Source: the human T2T-CHM13v2.0 reference genome, Homo sapiens. From it: a stretch of DNA of 64,000 nt. The stretch is taken from NCBI RefSeq assembly GCF_009914755.1, contig NC_060947.1; one strand, written 5' to 3'. The notes under the pieces are model-generated. The model had not been told where the DNA came from and made no database searches. It worked only from the letters and a program-made list of their open reading frames with translations. Positions within the stretch are counted from its first letter, which is position 1. Each line of letters opens with the position of its first letter. Below, one piece after another: positions 26,810 through 43,738 of the stretch. A program made the position numbers and the translations under genes.

Positions 26810-28140
26810 TGTAAAGGGAGGGATTTCAGGCTAAGGGAACAATATGAGTAATGGTATGGAAACAAGAATAAGTAGCTAGTTTGGGAGAAGACCATATTTG
26901 GATGAAGGATACTTAGAGTGGAGTGGCAAGAGATGGTTCTAGAAGGGAAAATATAACCCAGGATGTGGAGAACCCTAAATGACACATGGAATTTATGAAA
27001 TGAGAAGCCATTGAATATTTTATGTGGGTTGTTTATTTGATTGAAATAAGGCTAAAAATCAAACGATTTTATAGCTTAATACATGTAGTGGGTAAGGGAA
27101 TAGGAAGAATCAAATATGATTCTCAAATATTAGGCCTGTATAATTGAAGGATTGTTAATGGCATCAATAAAGAGAAAGAAGACAGAATAGTGGGACATTT
27201 TTGTTTTGATACTGCTTATAGTAACTGGTAGATTTGAAGTTTGAAAACATAATCATGTATCATAGATGTTAAATTTAATGGGCTTGTAAAACACTCTTGT
27301 GGAGATGCTGAAGAATCAGCTGCACATGAAGACATGGAATTTGGGAGAGAAGTCAGGGCTAAGCTTTAGGGTTTGAAAATTCTGCCCTAAGGGGATATGA
27401 TGATATTTTGGGAGTGGATAAGATTATGAAATAGGACATTGTGAGGTAAGAAATGAGAGCTTATTGCTAAATTTTCTGAAATGTAACTTTAAAAGGTGAT
27501 ATGGGGAACAAATATGAGGAGAAACCAAGTAGTATTCAGAGAAATAGGAGGAAATTTCCATGGGATGCAACATTATGAAAGTCAAAGAAGTAAAGTGAAA
27601 AAAGAGAAGTTAAGCATCAGTTTAAGTACTGTAGAAAGTTTGAGGAGAGTGAAGAGATGAGCTCATTATTACTCCATTGGTGTGACTGTGGAGGTTTGGA
27701 TTGACAGCTTGGCAGAATTTAGGAGAAAGTAGAAGGATAGTATCTTTATAGGGTAGCATGGTTGTGAAAAGGAGAGAAAAAACTGAAGAAAAAATACTTA
27801 AGGAGAGAAAAAACTGATTCATACCTCAAATTAAGCAAAAGAAGTTTTAGAGGAACAGATAGAAAAATCAAGAAGAGAGTGTTGGTTCATCCATGGACTA
27901 AAACCCTGCACATCATGTAAGATGGCTATGTTATCCCTGGAAAGAAGTACAGGTGTATCCTCTTCTGACTGAGGAAAAAAAGGGAGAAAGAGAGGGTGGG
28001 AGATATGAATGGATGAGTAGAGGTGAGAAAGCATATGTTAGTCACACTCTAAGTTGGAAATAAAGTAATCTTTCAAAGTTAGGTGCTGAGTGGTGTGGGA
28101 GAGGAGTTGGATAATATAGGTTAAAAGATGATGATTAACA
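26810..28140 (-). mobile_element. Degenerate antisense L2-like sequence
   Basis: Purine-rich; GAGAAGCCATTGAA..GGAAGAATCAAATATGATTCTC..GGAGAGAAGTCAGGGCT motifs. Confidence 0.5.
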
Positions 28141-28149
28141 CAGTGTTGA

Positions 28150-28542
<393 letters not shown>

Positions 28543-28949
28543 TAAATGCACAAATAAAAATCACATGTAAATATAAAGTATATCGCTGTTGTAATTTATA
28601 AAAATGTTTTTTCTTTGCCATATAAGAGAAATATAATATCAGTTCGGGTATTTCTTGGATAAAAATATTTTTCTGAATGAAAATGAACATTTATCTACTA
28701 TGATGATATGAATGATGATGCCAAGGCGTCTTTAATCCCAGGTACAGCTAGCTGTTAAATATCTTTTCACAAATAGTTAATGGTCTTCCTTTCTTGCAAA
28801 GGAGCATCACATTATTTTTTTAATTGTATATAAGTTAGGTAGAGAGTTCTAGAATTATTTCTCATAAATGAGTTCAGTTGCAGAAAGTACCTAGAGCTTA
28901 GAACAGTTGCTGGAACGTAGTAGCTAGTCAGTGTATATGAACTATACTT

Positions 28950-29007
28950 CATTATCACCATCATCTTCGTCATCATCATCATCTTCATTGTCATCATTGT
29001 TATTGTT
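28950..29007. repeat. Imperfect (CAT)n repeat at the end of a MIR-like fragment (~28820-28950)
   Basis: Read directly. Confidence 0.7.
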
Positions 29008-31669
29008 AGAAAAGGGCATATGAATTTGGATTACTAAATTATGTAAAATATTGACATATCCCATGTTTACTAATATTGTCATGGGTTTTTAATAATTTGA
29101 AACATAATGCAAAATCTTGTTATTAACTTTTTGATACTTGATGATAAAAAATTTTAAGTGTTCATATTTATGGTCAAGGCACTGATCAGTATTAATATAT
29201 TTGATATCATGTGACTATCATATTTAGTCTCATGAGAATTTCACTGTAGTTCAGCATTAATTAAATGTACTATTAAATTGAATAGCTTAGCCTTGTGAAG
29301 CTAATTAGTATTCTTCAAAATAATGCCAATCATAATGGATTCATTTGATATTAATATGAATGTTATATATATTTCTACAAAAATTTTATTATAGTTGTTA
29401 CTAATGCATTGTTGTAATAAAGGATATAAAAGGCAGAAAGTAAATGGTTAATCTATCTAATGGTTTTTAGATAATAATTTTATCCTATTAGAAAAGAAAA
29501 ATTTATTTTTACTTTATATTTCAGACTTAGAATTTCTTTTATATATTAAAGCAGAGATTTGAAGGGTACTCAAATGTGAAAGGGAAAATAACACAATAAA
29601 TGACACTAGAGTTATCCGTTTCTAAAAAGAGCCAAAAATCTATTCTAAAAAGTTCACTTATATGAGTCTGACATTTGTGCTGTGATTTGCTTCAGGCATA
29701 AAGTGGGAATTATCATTCTTTATTATATTATTAGTAAATGGTACCAGCATTTTAATATATAAATACTGACTCTTGTAGTAAAATATGAATCTTATTAGTA
29801 GGTTTCAAATCAGAATAGCTAATGTACCCATTTTAACGTGGTTTATTATAAACTTAAACTATAATAGGGCTGACGTATTTATTCCCTCCCTCAAGTATCT
29901 TGCCATACTGAATTGAAATAAATGGACTACCTGTTTAATGTAATTTTATTGTTTTTACTTATAATATTTTCTAAAGCCCACATAGATTTTTTTGCTGGCT
30001 TAATTACTAAAAATTACCCTAAAAACAATGCTGGACTAAATACGAATATGAGATGTTAAAAGTTACTATGTGCAGTTAGTAATGGAGAAGTGTGATCTTT
30101 TCTCAGTATGGAGTAGTTTCTGTTAGAGATAAGAGCAGGACACTTGTGAATGTACCATGAAAATATTTAAGTTCTTTTGTTTCTTTTTTTTTTTTTTTTG
30201 CCAGAATCAAAGCCTATCTCCAGGTTTAGCAATAGAACTGGCATGCTTAAATAAATAAACAAATATCTTAAATCAAGTAAACCCTGAGTGTTAAATATAG
30301 TTAATTTATTTTCACAATCTGATATACATTTGGTTATCCCAGAATAAGGACTTATGCCTGGAAATAATATTGTCTTACTTTTAATTTACCTTTATCATGG
30401 TGTATATCAATTTCATGACTTTAAAAAGCTTGACACATTTATCTATGGGTAATAGAGTTATCATATTTCATTGCTTAGATATATCCTGAATAGGCAGCCC
30501 AAAATCATTTTTACCAACTGATTCCTTTGTTACTCTTTGGACAACCAAGCACAGACCTAAATTTTAAGAGTGGTTGCAAATCATTGGCCATTTTCTTCAA
30601 GATCAAGGATACAAAGTGCTGAATCAAATTTGCAAAATAATAAACTGATACATATCTTCATTCCTTGAGGGGAATGGAGCTATAATATAATTCATTTAGA
30701 TTTAAAACTAGTGTGCCTTTATATAGTCAGAGGAGATTTTTAGTAAAAAAAAATTATCCACTAACTAAATCTGCTTTACCTCATAATTGCAAATGGTGAA
30801 GGATATGACAAATGCAAAGCCTAGGCCCCTGGATCACAAATTTAAGGACAGGGTGCATAATTTTGACACCAAATTTGATTTTATTAGTCCTCCTATGCTA
30901 TAGGAAGCACACGTTCTTTCCTACCATAAAAAACCTAGGGTTTTCTGATAAACATAGACCCACAACCTAGGACCTAAAAACAGTAGTAGACTAGAAAGAT
31001 AGAACATCATCAAAATATTTCTGAAATAATGCTCGATTCTCTTAGCTGTGCCGCCTAACTTCTAGACTATATAAGGCCCTTATTCTCATGTACTAAATGA
31101 TAACATACAAACAAGGATAAAGTTATACCAAGTTCTCACATGTTTTGTCCACAGAGTGAAAATTAAAATAAAAATTTACCTGGAGTAATTAGCCAAAAAC
31201 AGTATGTGCCTTAACAGCTGAAACTTTTACTTCTCTCCTTCCTCGAACACAATTCCATATAAAGCTGGCTTTTTGTAAAATGAATCTGTTGGTAGATTAA
31301 TTATTATCATTTTAAAACTGTTCAGTGGTATCTAGAGCTTTACTTTTAAATTTAAATTCTTATTTCCTTTACATTGATACAGAACAATCAATAATTCAAC
31401 CTAGTTTCCCTTAGTCCTCAATATGTTTTCTGAATAGTTATGTCCAGTGAAGTTATTTTACAGTTTACCATAGTAAACAAGAGTTTTAAAAAGATGACTA
31501 ACAGATTCCTGCCTCTTGCCTTTTTCTCTTTCGAATTGTTCTGTCTGCTTACCTGCATGTGGTCCTTCAGCTATTGTTCGCTTTTGTTTCTGTGACAGTC
31601 AATGAAAAAAAAAATGCCTGGAGACAGAGATAGGGAAAGGAAGGGTCTGTTTTAAGAACTAATTTTTTA

Positions 31670-32697
<1,028 letters not shown>

Positions 32698-33744
32698 TAA
32701 AAAATAACGAATTTTTCAATTTTTCAATTGTCTTCATGTAAACTTCTCTAGTTTACCATCAGTTACTTTCCTAAATGCAGCACAGCAAAGTGTCTACTAT
32801 AGTTCTTTCAAAATATATCCTGGCAGCAAAGATATAAATTTTGGGATTTTTCTTCTAGTGTTATGATTTAGGTCATTCCCAGAGCAATAAAACGCACTGT
32901 ATGTGAGACTTATAATACAACACAGAGAACAAAGTTTAAACTCTGGAGATGCTAAACTACAGCAGGTCACAGAGCAGTACAAAAGGGAGTAGAACATCAG
33001 AATATGTTTTCAAAACTGGAATATGAAAGGCTATCATTAATTTGCAAACACTGAGTACCTAACAATGTGCAATGTACTTTAGTAAGGTCAGTGGGCCATA
33101 CAGAATTCAGAAAGACGTGGTTCCTGTGCTTGAGGAGTTTATAATCCACAGGCTGGAGTTCATGCCAGAAGCTCTCCCAGACTGGTGTTGCAGCCGATTG
33201 GACTGGAGTCTTGGATGAAATCCTGTCCCCTGGCTCCAGTAAGCATTGGCCTAGTGAGCGCTTTCCATGGTGGTCCTGACCCCACAATTGTGCTGGGCAT
33301 TGCCCTAGTGGGGGCTCTCTTTGGGAAAAGTTTCTCTCTGGGCTCCAAGGCTGTCTGATACACACTTTGAAATCTAGGTGGAGGCAGCTGTGCTTCCACA
33401 GCTCTTGCACTCTGTGAGCCTGAAGAATTAGCACAATGTGTATGATGTGAAGGCTCACTGCTTGCACCCTCCAGAGTGCCAGTCTGAGTTACTCCTGGGC
33501 CTGCCTAAGCTACAGGTGGTATATCCAAGGAGCACTGTGCTGGAATGCAGGGAGCAGAGACCTAACGTGACACTGGGTAGTGACCCCTGAAAACAAGTGT
33601 CCTGGGTCCTCCCTTTAGACTGTTTTTCCTTCATGGCCCTATTACTCTGAGTTTGTGATGTGCATGGCAGCCTCATAGATGTCTGAAATGTGTTCCTGGT
33701 CACTCTCCCAGTGTCTTTTTTTTAAATTTTATTTTCAGTTGGCC

Positions 33745-35745
<2,001 letters not shown>

Positions 35746-36058
35746 TGTCTTGTTCCTCCTTTCCACTTGAAACCTTATCAGAATACTCTTTACTGTTCAT
35801 ATTTCCATGAGCATTCTGGTCATGCACACTTAAGTCATATCTAAGTGGCCAGAGGCTTTCTTTACAGTTATTCTCTTCTTCCAAGTTCTCACCAGAATCA
35901 CCCTTAATGCTTCATTAACGGTAATACAAGCTTTATCTAGCATTCACTTCAAAACTCTGCCAACCTTTACCTATGAGCCAGTTCCAAAGAAGACTCCACA
36001 TTTTTAGTTATTTGCTATAGCAACCACCTAACTCCTCTGGTACTAATTTCTTAGTCAG

Positions 36059-36438
36059 TGACATGGTTTGGATTTGGATCCCTGCCCAAATCTCATGTTG
36101 AATTGTAATCTCCAATGTTAGAGGAAGGGCCTGGTGAGAGGTCATTGGATCGTGGGGGAGGATTTCACCCTTACTGTACTTATGACAGTAAGTTTTCACA
36201 AGATCTGGTTGTTTAAAAGTTTGTAGCATCTCCCCCTGCTCTCTCTTCCCCCTTCTCCAGCCATGTAGGATGTGCCTGCTTCCCCTTCACCTTCTGTCAT
36301 GATTGTAAGTTTCCTGAGGCCTCCCCAGCCATGCTTCCAGCACAGCCTGTAGAACTGTAAGTCAGTTAAACTTCTTTCATTTATAAATTAACCAGTCTCA
36401 GATAGTTCTTTATAGCAATGTGAGAATGGACTAATACA
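36059..36438 (+). mobile_element. MSTA/THE1D-type solo LTR
   Basis: TGACATGGTTTGG...GGACTAATACA; 5-bp TSD GTCAG at 36054-36058 and 36439-36443. Confidence 0.92.
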
Positions 36439-36967
36439 GTCAGGGTTCTCCAGAGAGAGAGAATAAATAGGTAATAGATAGATGAGATTGGGGGAATTGG
36501 CTGACAAAATTTTGGAAGCTAAGAAGTGCCACTTTAGGCTGTCTGTAACCTGGAGATCCAGGGAAGGTCATAGCGAGGTTCATCCCAAGTCCAAAAGCCT
36601 CAGAATCAGTGAAGTCAATGCTGTAACTCTCAGTCAGAAGCTGAAGGGTTGAGGGCCTGGAGCTTCCTCTGGTGTAAGTTCCGGAGTCCAAAAGCCAAAG
36701 GACCTGGAGTTCTGGTGTTTGAGGGCAGGAGAAGAAGAGTGCCCAGCTCCAGAAGAGAGAGTAAGAATTTGCCCTCTCTTTGTCTTTTTGTTTCATCTGG
36801 GACCCCAGCCAATTGGATTATCCCCACCTACATTGAGGGTAGATATTCCCCATTTAGTCCACTGACTCACATGTCAATGTCCTCCAGAAATATCCTCAGA
36901 GATGTTTTACCAGCTATCTAGGTAGTCATTAATCCAGTTGTGTTGACATCTAAAATTATCTATCACA
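36439..36967 (-). mobile_element. MLT2-type (ERVL) LTR; its first bases (TTAGTCAG) lie at 36051-36058
   Basis: TTAGTCAGGGTTCTCCAGAG...GTTGACATCTAAAATTATCTATCACA. Confidence 0.85.
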
Positions 36968-39104
36968 GAGCATAAAAGTGCAATTTAGAATTTTTAAAAA
37001 ACAGTCAGTACAGAGCTCCCTAAAAAGAATGTTACTAATAAGGTCTCATATGAGCAAAAATGGAAAAGACATAAAGGACTTAGTAATGTGTTTATCTGAG
37101 GGCAGAGAGTTTCAGAGAGTGAGGTTTGCCAGTTTAAGTGCCCTAAGGTCGAAGCTTTCCTGCAAATTTTCCTAAAATAGCAAGGAATCCGTTGAAGTTG
37201 GAGTAGACTGAGTGAGGAGAAGATTGAAAAGGTCAGGGAACTAAAATATCAGCGAACTAATGATAGGGATCATGAGGATGGGTGGGGATGCCTATGGTTT
37301 AGGGAGGTACACCATAACTTTCAGTACTTTCACAGACCATTGAAGTCCCATTGTTTTCTAGCAGATGTTACTTAAATAATGTGCATTTTTTTGCACATTA
37401 TTTGCTAAGGCTTTACTAAGGACTTGGCATCTTACTCTGAGAGAAATGTGAAGCCAATTGAAGGATTTTGATTGGAGGAGAGAGATAACCTAATTTATGG
37501 TGAAGAGGTTTTATATATGTACGTATGTGTACATATTTTTCATATGTCCCCAAGCTAGTGAAATCACTGAGAAATGGATCTGTGTTTGATTTAATTTTTT
37601 GCATTGTCTTCATCACCTAGCCCTCTGCCTTTTATAGCATTGTGACTGAATAGTTACCAATTGCTTATTAATTGATTTTGAAACTTAAAAATAGGATTTA
37701 TATATTTTATAAGAAATGTATCTTGACATATAAAACTTGGCCGTGCTCAAAAAGTAAGAATTTTAGTTTTAAGTATCATAGCTACCTATTCACTTTTACA
37801 GAGGTAATGACTTTCAATACTTTCATAGACCTTTAAAGTGTCATTGTTTTATAGAAGGTGTTACTTAAATAATATGCATTTTTTCACTTTAAAAACAAAG
37901 ATGTATAATCTGAACTGCTGTGCAGACAAAGTCAGTCAGGCTGCTGGGTGCCTAAATGTCCCAATAGCAATTTACTTCCCTTCCATGTGATGACAATTGG
38001 AGCTTAATATTCTCCAACTAATGGAGAAAAATAAAATGATTCTTGTTCCTGTGTAGTGATTAGACCCCCTTAAAGCCTGTACCTGAAAAGGAACTAGCTG
38101 GTGATGATCTTCCTTACCTCTAGTGTACTCATTTCACTGATGTCCACTCAGTAGCATGTATTCACTGAAATACAAATTTATGCTATTACATCATGTAAAT
38201 TATTTAATATTATGACAGAACATATTAGTGATCAATGCACATGACTTCTTTGCAATTCTAGCTTTGCTTGGGCTTTGACCTAATGAGAGAGAGATACCAT
38301 GATAAGGAAGACTAGATGTTACCTAGGGCACTCGAACCATGTGGCTACTCCCTGAATACATCTAAATGCTTTTGGTCTAAAAATGGTAATCTAGAGTTCA
38401 CAAATTCAGAATTCCCCAGAAAATTAAACTTCCCCCTATAAACTAGCTCCACGTTCACTTTCACTTGTTTCTCTCTCTATTTTGCATCCTTGCTAGATTG
38501 AATTTCTATTTATTTTGAACTTTAGGCCTTCAATGCAGCCCAGTAAATTGGGAAGGACTTTGGAAATCAGGGCTTCCTGCGTTCTATATTCAGCCCTGAG
38601 ACTGAGGAGTTAAAATATTTCTGAAAAGTTTTTGACCCCTTTGAACCTCAGATTGGTTGCCCGTAAAATGAAGATGAAGAAACAGTTGTCAGAAACATAA
38701 AATAATATAGCTGTATGTAAATTATATACATAATATGTACATATGTAATATTGAAAGTACATACATGAACATATCATGTGATATAAATTATATATATATG
38801 TTTTTGTTGTGTCAGTTCCATACTTTACCTTCATATCTACTATTTTTAAAATCTCTCCCATATAATAGGTTTTTGTTAAATGATAGTCCCATACATTGTC
38901 TTTAAATCATGCAAATACGTAACCTTGAAATTGTAGTTACCATATGGTATATGCTGGGAATCTAGTGCATTGCTTACAAATTTCTGAAGATTTTGACAGA
39001 TGAATAGGTAAAAATTATTAGGGTAGAGAGCATTTGTAAATTAACATAGTGTTTTAGGACGTGGACAATATTTTCAAAATTATCTTATCTGATACTATGT
39101 TTTC

Positions 39105-39920
39105 CTTTTTTTAACTTTTAGGTTCAGTGGTCCATGTGCAGGTTTGTTATATAGGTAAATTGTGTGCCATGGGAGCTTGGTTTATAGATTATTTCACCAC
39201 TCAGTTAATAAGCATAGTGCCCAAGAGGTAGTTTTTCAATCCTCCTCTTCCTTTTCCTCCCTCAAGTAGGCCCCAGTATCTGTTGTTCCCTTCCATTGTA
39301 CTCAATGTTTAGCTCCCACTAAGAAATGAGACCACGGAGTATTTGGTTTCCTGTTCCTGCATTAGTTCACTTAGGACAATGGCCTCCAGCTCCATCCGTG
39401 TTGCTGCAAAGGACAAGATCTCACTCTTTTTTTTTTTGACTCTGTACTATTCCATGGTATATATGTACTATATTTTATTTATCCAGTCTACCAACATTTA
39501 GGTTGATTCCATGTTTTTGCTATTGTGAATAGTGCTGTGATGAACATATGTGTGCATGTGTCTTTATGATAGAATGATTTATACTCCATTGGGTATATAC
39601 CCAATGGTGATAAAGTGGTGTTGTTTTTTTTTTTAATTTACCCTTTTCCTCCATATGTTTTCTGGGAGAAAGAAGATATTACAAAATTAGCTGCTTAGTC
39701 ATAGAAGTCTTGGCTATAAACTGCTTGTTTATAAAGTCTGAGTTCGAAACTTCTCTAGTTAGAACAGTAGATATCTTTGGGTATACACCCAGTAATGGGA
39801 TTGCTGGGTCGAATGGTAATTCTACTTTTAGTTCTTTGAGAAATTGTCAAACTGCTTTCCATGATGGCTGAACCAATTTACATTACACCATTAGTATATA
39901 AGTATTCTTTTTTTCTCTGC
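39105..39920 (-). mobile_element. L1PA13-16-type LINE-1 3' fragment, interrupted at ~39604-39776
   Basis: GTGCAGGTTTGTTATATAGGTAAATTG..GGCCTCCAGCTCCATCC..GGGATTGCTGGGTCGAATGG. Confidence 0.88.
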
Positions 39921-40264
39921 CCATGTTTACCTTTTACTTGGCATTTTTGTCAAGTTTTGGAGAAAGGATTAAAGAGGTTAATTTTCATTTTAATATATAT
40001 TGTTGCAATGTAGGCCATATTTGTATTCTCATATTTAAAATTAGAGGTTAGATTTCCACTTTCAAGGTTAAATGAGAACTATGTGAAGCTTTCAGGGAAG
40101 CATGCTCTGTGCAGTTTATAAATCAAGGTGTCTATATTTCATCCATATTAGACCATGACGAGAGGCACCACTGTATGCAGAATGGAAAATTTACATAAAT
40201 AATTTTAATCCTATAAGACTAAAGTCTGCAGGAAAAGTAGCAAGTCATTTCATGGGATCAAAGT

Positions 40265-40485
40265 TTAGGCTCTGGATTTAGAAAAATTGGTCTTGAATTC
40301 TAGGTTTTCTGCTTATCATCTGCATTTCAGGTTAAGCAAATTACTTAACCTTCTGGGACCTTAGTTAACTCATGTGAAAATGAGATAATGACTGCAATTA
40401 GCCCTCAGGTTTGCTGTACTGAGTTATTATGTTCACAGTACATGGCACTGAGACTGGTCCTTGGCAACCCACAGCAAATGATAAC
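40265..40485 (+). mobile_element. MIR SINE
   Basis: AGGCTCTGGA..GCAAATTACTTAACCTTCTG..GTGAAAATGAGATAAT. Confidence 0.7.
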
Positions 40486-40681
40486 TACTCTTCTAACTAG
40501 AAAAGTTGATAAATCAGACTTTATATCCAAGCAGTTTATAGCCAAGAGTTTTATGAACAAGCAGCTAATTTTGTAATACCTTCTTTCTTCCAGAAATCGT
40601 ATGGAGGAGAAGCAGGTAAAGTTATTAAAAAAAAAAAAAGCACAACTTCGAACTATATTTTCATTAAAACTAGGAGACAGA

Positions 40682-40942
40682 GGCCAGGCATGGTGGCTCA
40701 CACCTGTAATCCTAGCACACAGGAGTTCAAGACCAGCCTGGCTAACATGGTGAAACCTCGTCTCTACTAAAAATACAAAAATTAGCTGAGCGTAGTGGTG
40801 CGTGCCTGTAATCCCAGCTGCCTAGGAGCTGAGGCAGGAATCACTGGAACCCGGGAGGCGGAGGCTGCAGTGAGCAGAGATCATGCCATTGCAATCCAGC
40901 CTGAGCGACAGAGCAAGACTCCATCTCAAAAAACAAACAAAC
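40682..40942 (+). mobile_element. AluS SINE with ~40-bp left-arm deletion
   Basis: TSD AAAACTAGGAGACAGA at 40666-40681 and 40943-40958; CCTAGCACAC joined directly to AGGAGTTCAAG. Confidence 0.93.
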
Positions 40943-42662
40943 AAAACTAGGAGACAGAAAAAATCAGCAGACTCCCAGTTGCATATACATTTCATCAAAG
41001 GTGAAGCCACACAGGAAGCACAGTGTTGTGAGGGTGACAATGGGGAAGAAGAGGGTGGTCAGAGGAGTTCTAAGGCTGGTGAGTCTCGTACATCTCCAGT
41101 CAATAGTTGCCTTCCACATGACAACATCCTACCTGAGAGGGAACCACTGTGAGTATAACCGAAATGGAACACCTCAAGGTTGCTGGAGAAGGAATAATGA
41201 AGCAAGGCTCACAAAGAGCTCAGGAGCCCATAGGTGGCAGATAGCAAAATGTGCCAGTAGAAAACAGTTTCTAAGAATGCATGATAGTGTAAGAAAGGGA
41301 TGTGGAGGGAACTCAGAGATTCAGGCTGGCAGAGAAAGTTCACCTGAACTAGGCTGAGCTCTAAGAGCCAGAGCAGGGCTGTCAACAGAAAGGACAATAT
41401 CTTAAGATATTCACTGTAGTGACAAAGGAGGGAGCTGGAAGTTGTGAAGCTTAGAATTCTACACTAGCATACTCTGTACCCTCCATCCCATCCTCCTATT
41501 AGAAGTCTAGGAAAATCTATCCCATTTAAATACAAGCAACAGGAAATGAGAAAGTTCTGCCTACACACATGGATACTATAGGATAAACAATGAAAAAGAG
41601 CAGCATATATTCCTATAGAATACGACTAAAACCTATCTGGAAATGGCTTCCTCAAAGCAGATGAAAGTTATAACTTAACATTGTAAAAAGAATTAAAAAA
41701 ACAAACATAAAACTAACAGAATCAAATCCTTGAAAGATCAATTATAGTTATGCAGGAATACTATAAAGCTCAAATCTAAGAACTCAAGAAAAGGTGACCA
41801 GAAAACAGGAAGTGATGGCCTGAAAATAGGAGGATATACAACGTGAATCAACCTAACTCACTGAATAAATAGAAAAACAAAATTCTACAATGAAGACTAA
41901 ATTACAAGGGGCACATTGAAGGATAGTCACCACAGAAAACACAAGAAGAGATAAGAAATAAATGAAAAGCACACTCTTGGAAACAGAAGCAAAAAAAGAG
42001 ATTAAAATATTGAAACTAGGGCTTCTTGTAGAAAGGGTTATTACACATCTGAGTATGGGAATGTAGAATGTGAGCCTAGAACATCTGGTCATATGGGGAA
42101 AATTGGACATTATTACATAATATTAGAAGCATGCAGCAATGTGCTCAGGTAACAGTTCCTTCTTCAGGCTCCCTTGCAAGAAAAGGTGGCGTTTGGCCAC
42201 AGTTCTTGTCAATAAGATATGAATTCTGCTTTACTGGGAAAGTTTTTGCTTTTCTGATATAATTGTCAACCATTTTTTCTTCAGTTCCCCTTCTTTCTGT
42301 TTATGTAATGGACATGAGACTAGTATCTAAACAGCCATCTCATACTTGTGAGGCAAGTTGTATGGGCTTAGAAGCCAACAAGCTAGGGGAGAGGACAGAA
42401 AAACAATACAAAGGATTGAGCTTTCTGTGTTTGTTTTTCAGTTTATTGAATGTTTTACTGATAGGCAATATTGAAGTACTGTCAGATTTAAAGGATACAA
42501 CTTATATTAAACACTTCAGGAAGTCACTGGCGCTTACTAATTGCACCATTAATATTAGTTCCTCTTTATACCTCTTCTCATCTTTAAATGTATAGCTGAA
42601 TATTAACAGCTACTTTTCTCCTTATGTTTCACTGTTTGTAAACAAGTTTTTTTTTTTAAATA

Positions 42663-43718
42663 TGTTGCCGGAAGTCAGGGACCCTGAATGGAGGGACCAG
42701 CTGAAGCCATGTCAGAAGAACATAAATTGTGAAGATTTCATGGACATTTATTAGTTCCCCAAATTAATACTTTTATAGTTTCTTATGCCTGTCTTTACTG
42801 CAATCTCTAAATATAAATTGTGAAGATTTCATGGACACTTATCACTTCCCCAATCAATACTCTTGTGATTTCCTATGCCTGTCTTTAATCTCTTAATCTC
42901 ATCATCTTCATAAGCTGAGGATGAATGTCACCTCAGGACCCTGTGATGATTGTGTTAACTGCACAAATTGTTTAAACAATATGAAATCTGGGGATCTTGA
43001 AAAAAGAACAGGATAACAGCGATGTTCAGGGAACAAGGGAGATAACCTTAAAGTCTGGCTGCCTGTGGGCCGGGTGGAACAGAGCCGTATTTCTCTTCTT
43101 TCAAAAGCAAATAGGAAAAATATTGCTGAATTCTTTTTCTCAGCAAGGAACATCCCTGAGAAGAGAATGCTTTCCCAAGGGGGAGGTCTCTGAAATGGCT
43201 GCTTTGGGAACGTCTGTCTTTTACGGCTGTTGATAAGGGATGAAATAAGCCCTGGTCTCCCGTAACACTCCCAGGCTTATTAGGACAAGGAAATTCCTGC
43301 CTAATAAATTTTGGTCAGACCGGTTGTCTGCTCTCAAACCCTGTCTCCTGATAAGATGTTATTATTGAAAATGCCTGCCCGAAACTTCATTAGCAATTTT
43401 AATTCCACCCTGGTCCTGTGATCTCACCCTGCCTCCATTTGCCTTGTGATATTTTATTACCTTGTGAAGCATGTAATCTCTGTGACCCACACACTATTCA
43501 TACACTCCCTCACCTTTTGAAAATCACTAATAAAAACTTGCTGGTTTTGCGGCTCAGGGGGCATCACGGAACCTGCCGACATGTGATGTCTCCCCCGGGC
43601 ACCCAGCTTTAAAATTTCTCTCTTTTGTACTCCTTCCCTTTATTTCTCAGACCGGCCAACACTTAGGGAAAATAGAAAAGAACCCACGAAGAATTATCAG
43701 GGGCGGGTTCCCCCGATA
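42663..43718 (+). repeat. 5' LTR (MER11 type, 1056 bp)
   Basis: TGTTGCCGGAAGTCAGGGACCC...GGTTCCCCCGATA; internal ~90-bp repeat ATAAATTGTGAAGATTTCATGGACA x2; AATAAA at 43529-43534. Confidence 0.95.
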
Positions 43719-43720
43719 TC

Positions 43721-43738
43721 TGGTGTGCCAATGTGGTT
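43721..43738 (+). promoter_or_regulatory. Degenerate tRNA-Lys primer binding site
   Basis: TGGTGTGCCAATGTGG two bases after the 5' LTR; resembles TGGCGCCCAACGTGG with CpG decay. Confidence 0.7.

Noticed and set aside
40575-40622. Possible 22-nt micro-exon (TTCTTTCTTCCAG|...|GTAAAG)
   Set aside because: No neighbouring exons identifiable; such splice-like motifs occur by chance
41000-42450. Possible L1M/HAL1 ORF1 and MLT1 fragments
   Set aside because: Too degenerate to assign by eye
42720-42900. Spaced repeat ATAAATTGTGAAGATTTCATGGACA, superficially CRISPR-like
   Set aside because: Only two units per LTR; an internal repeat of the MER11 LTR in eukaryotic DNA
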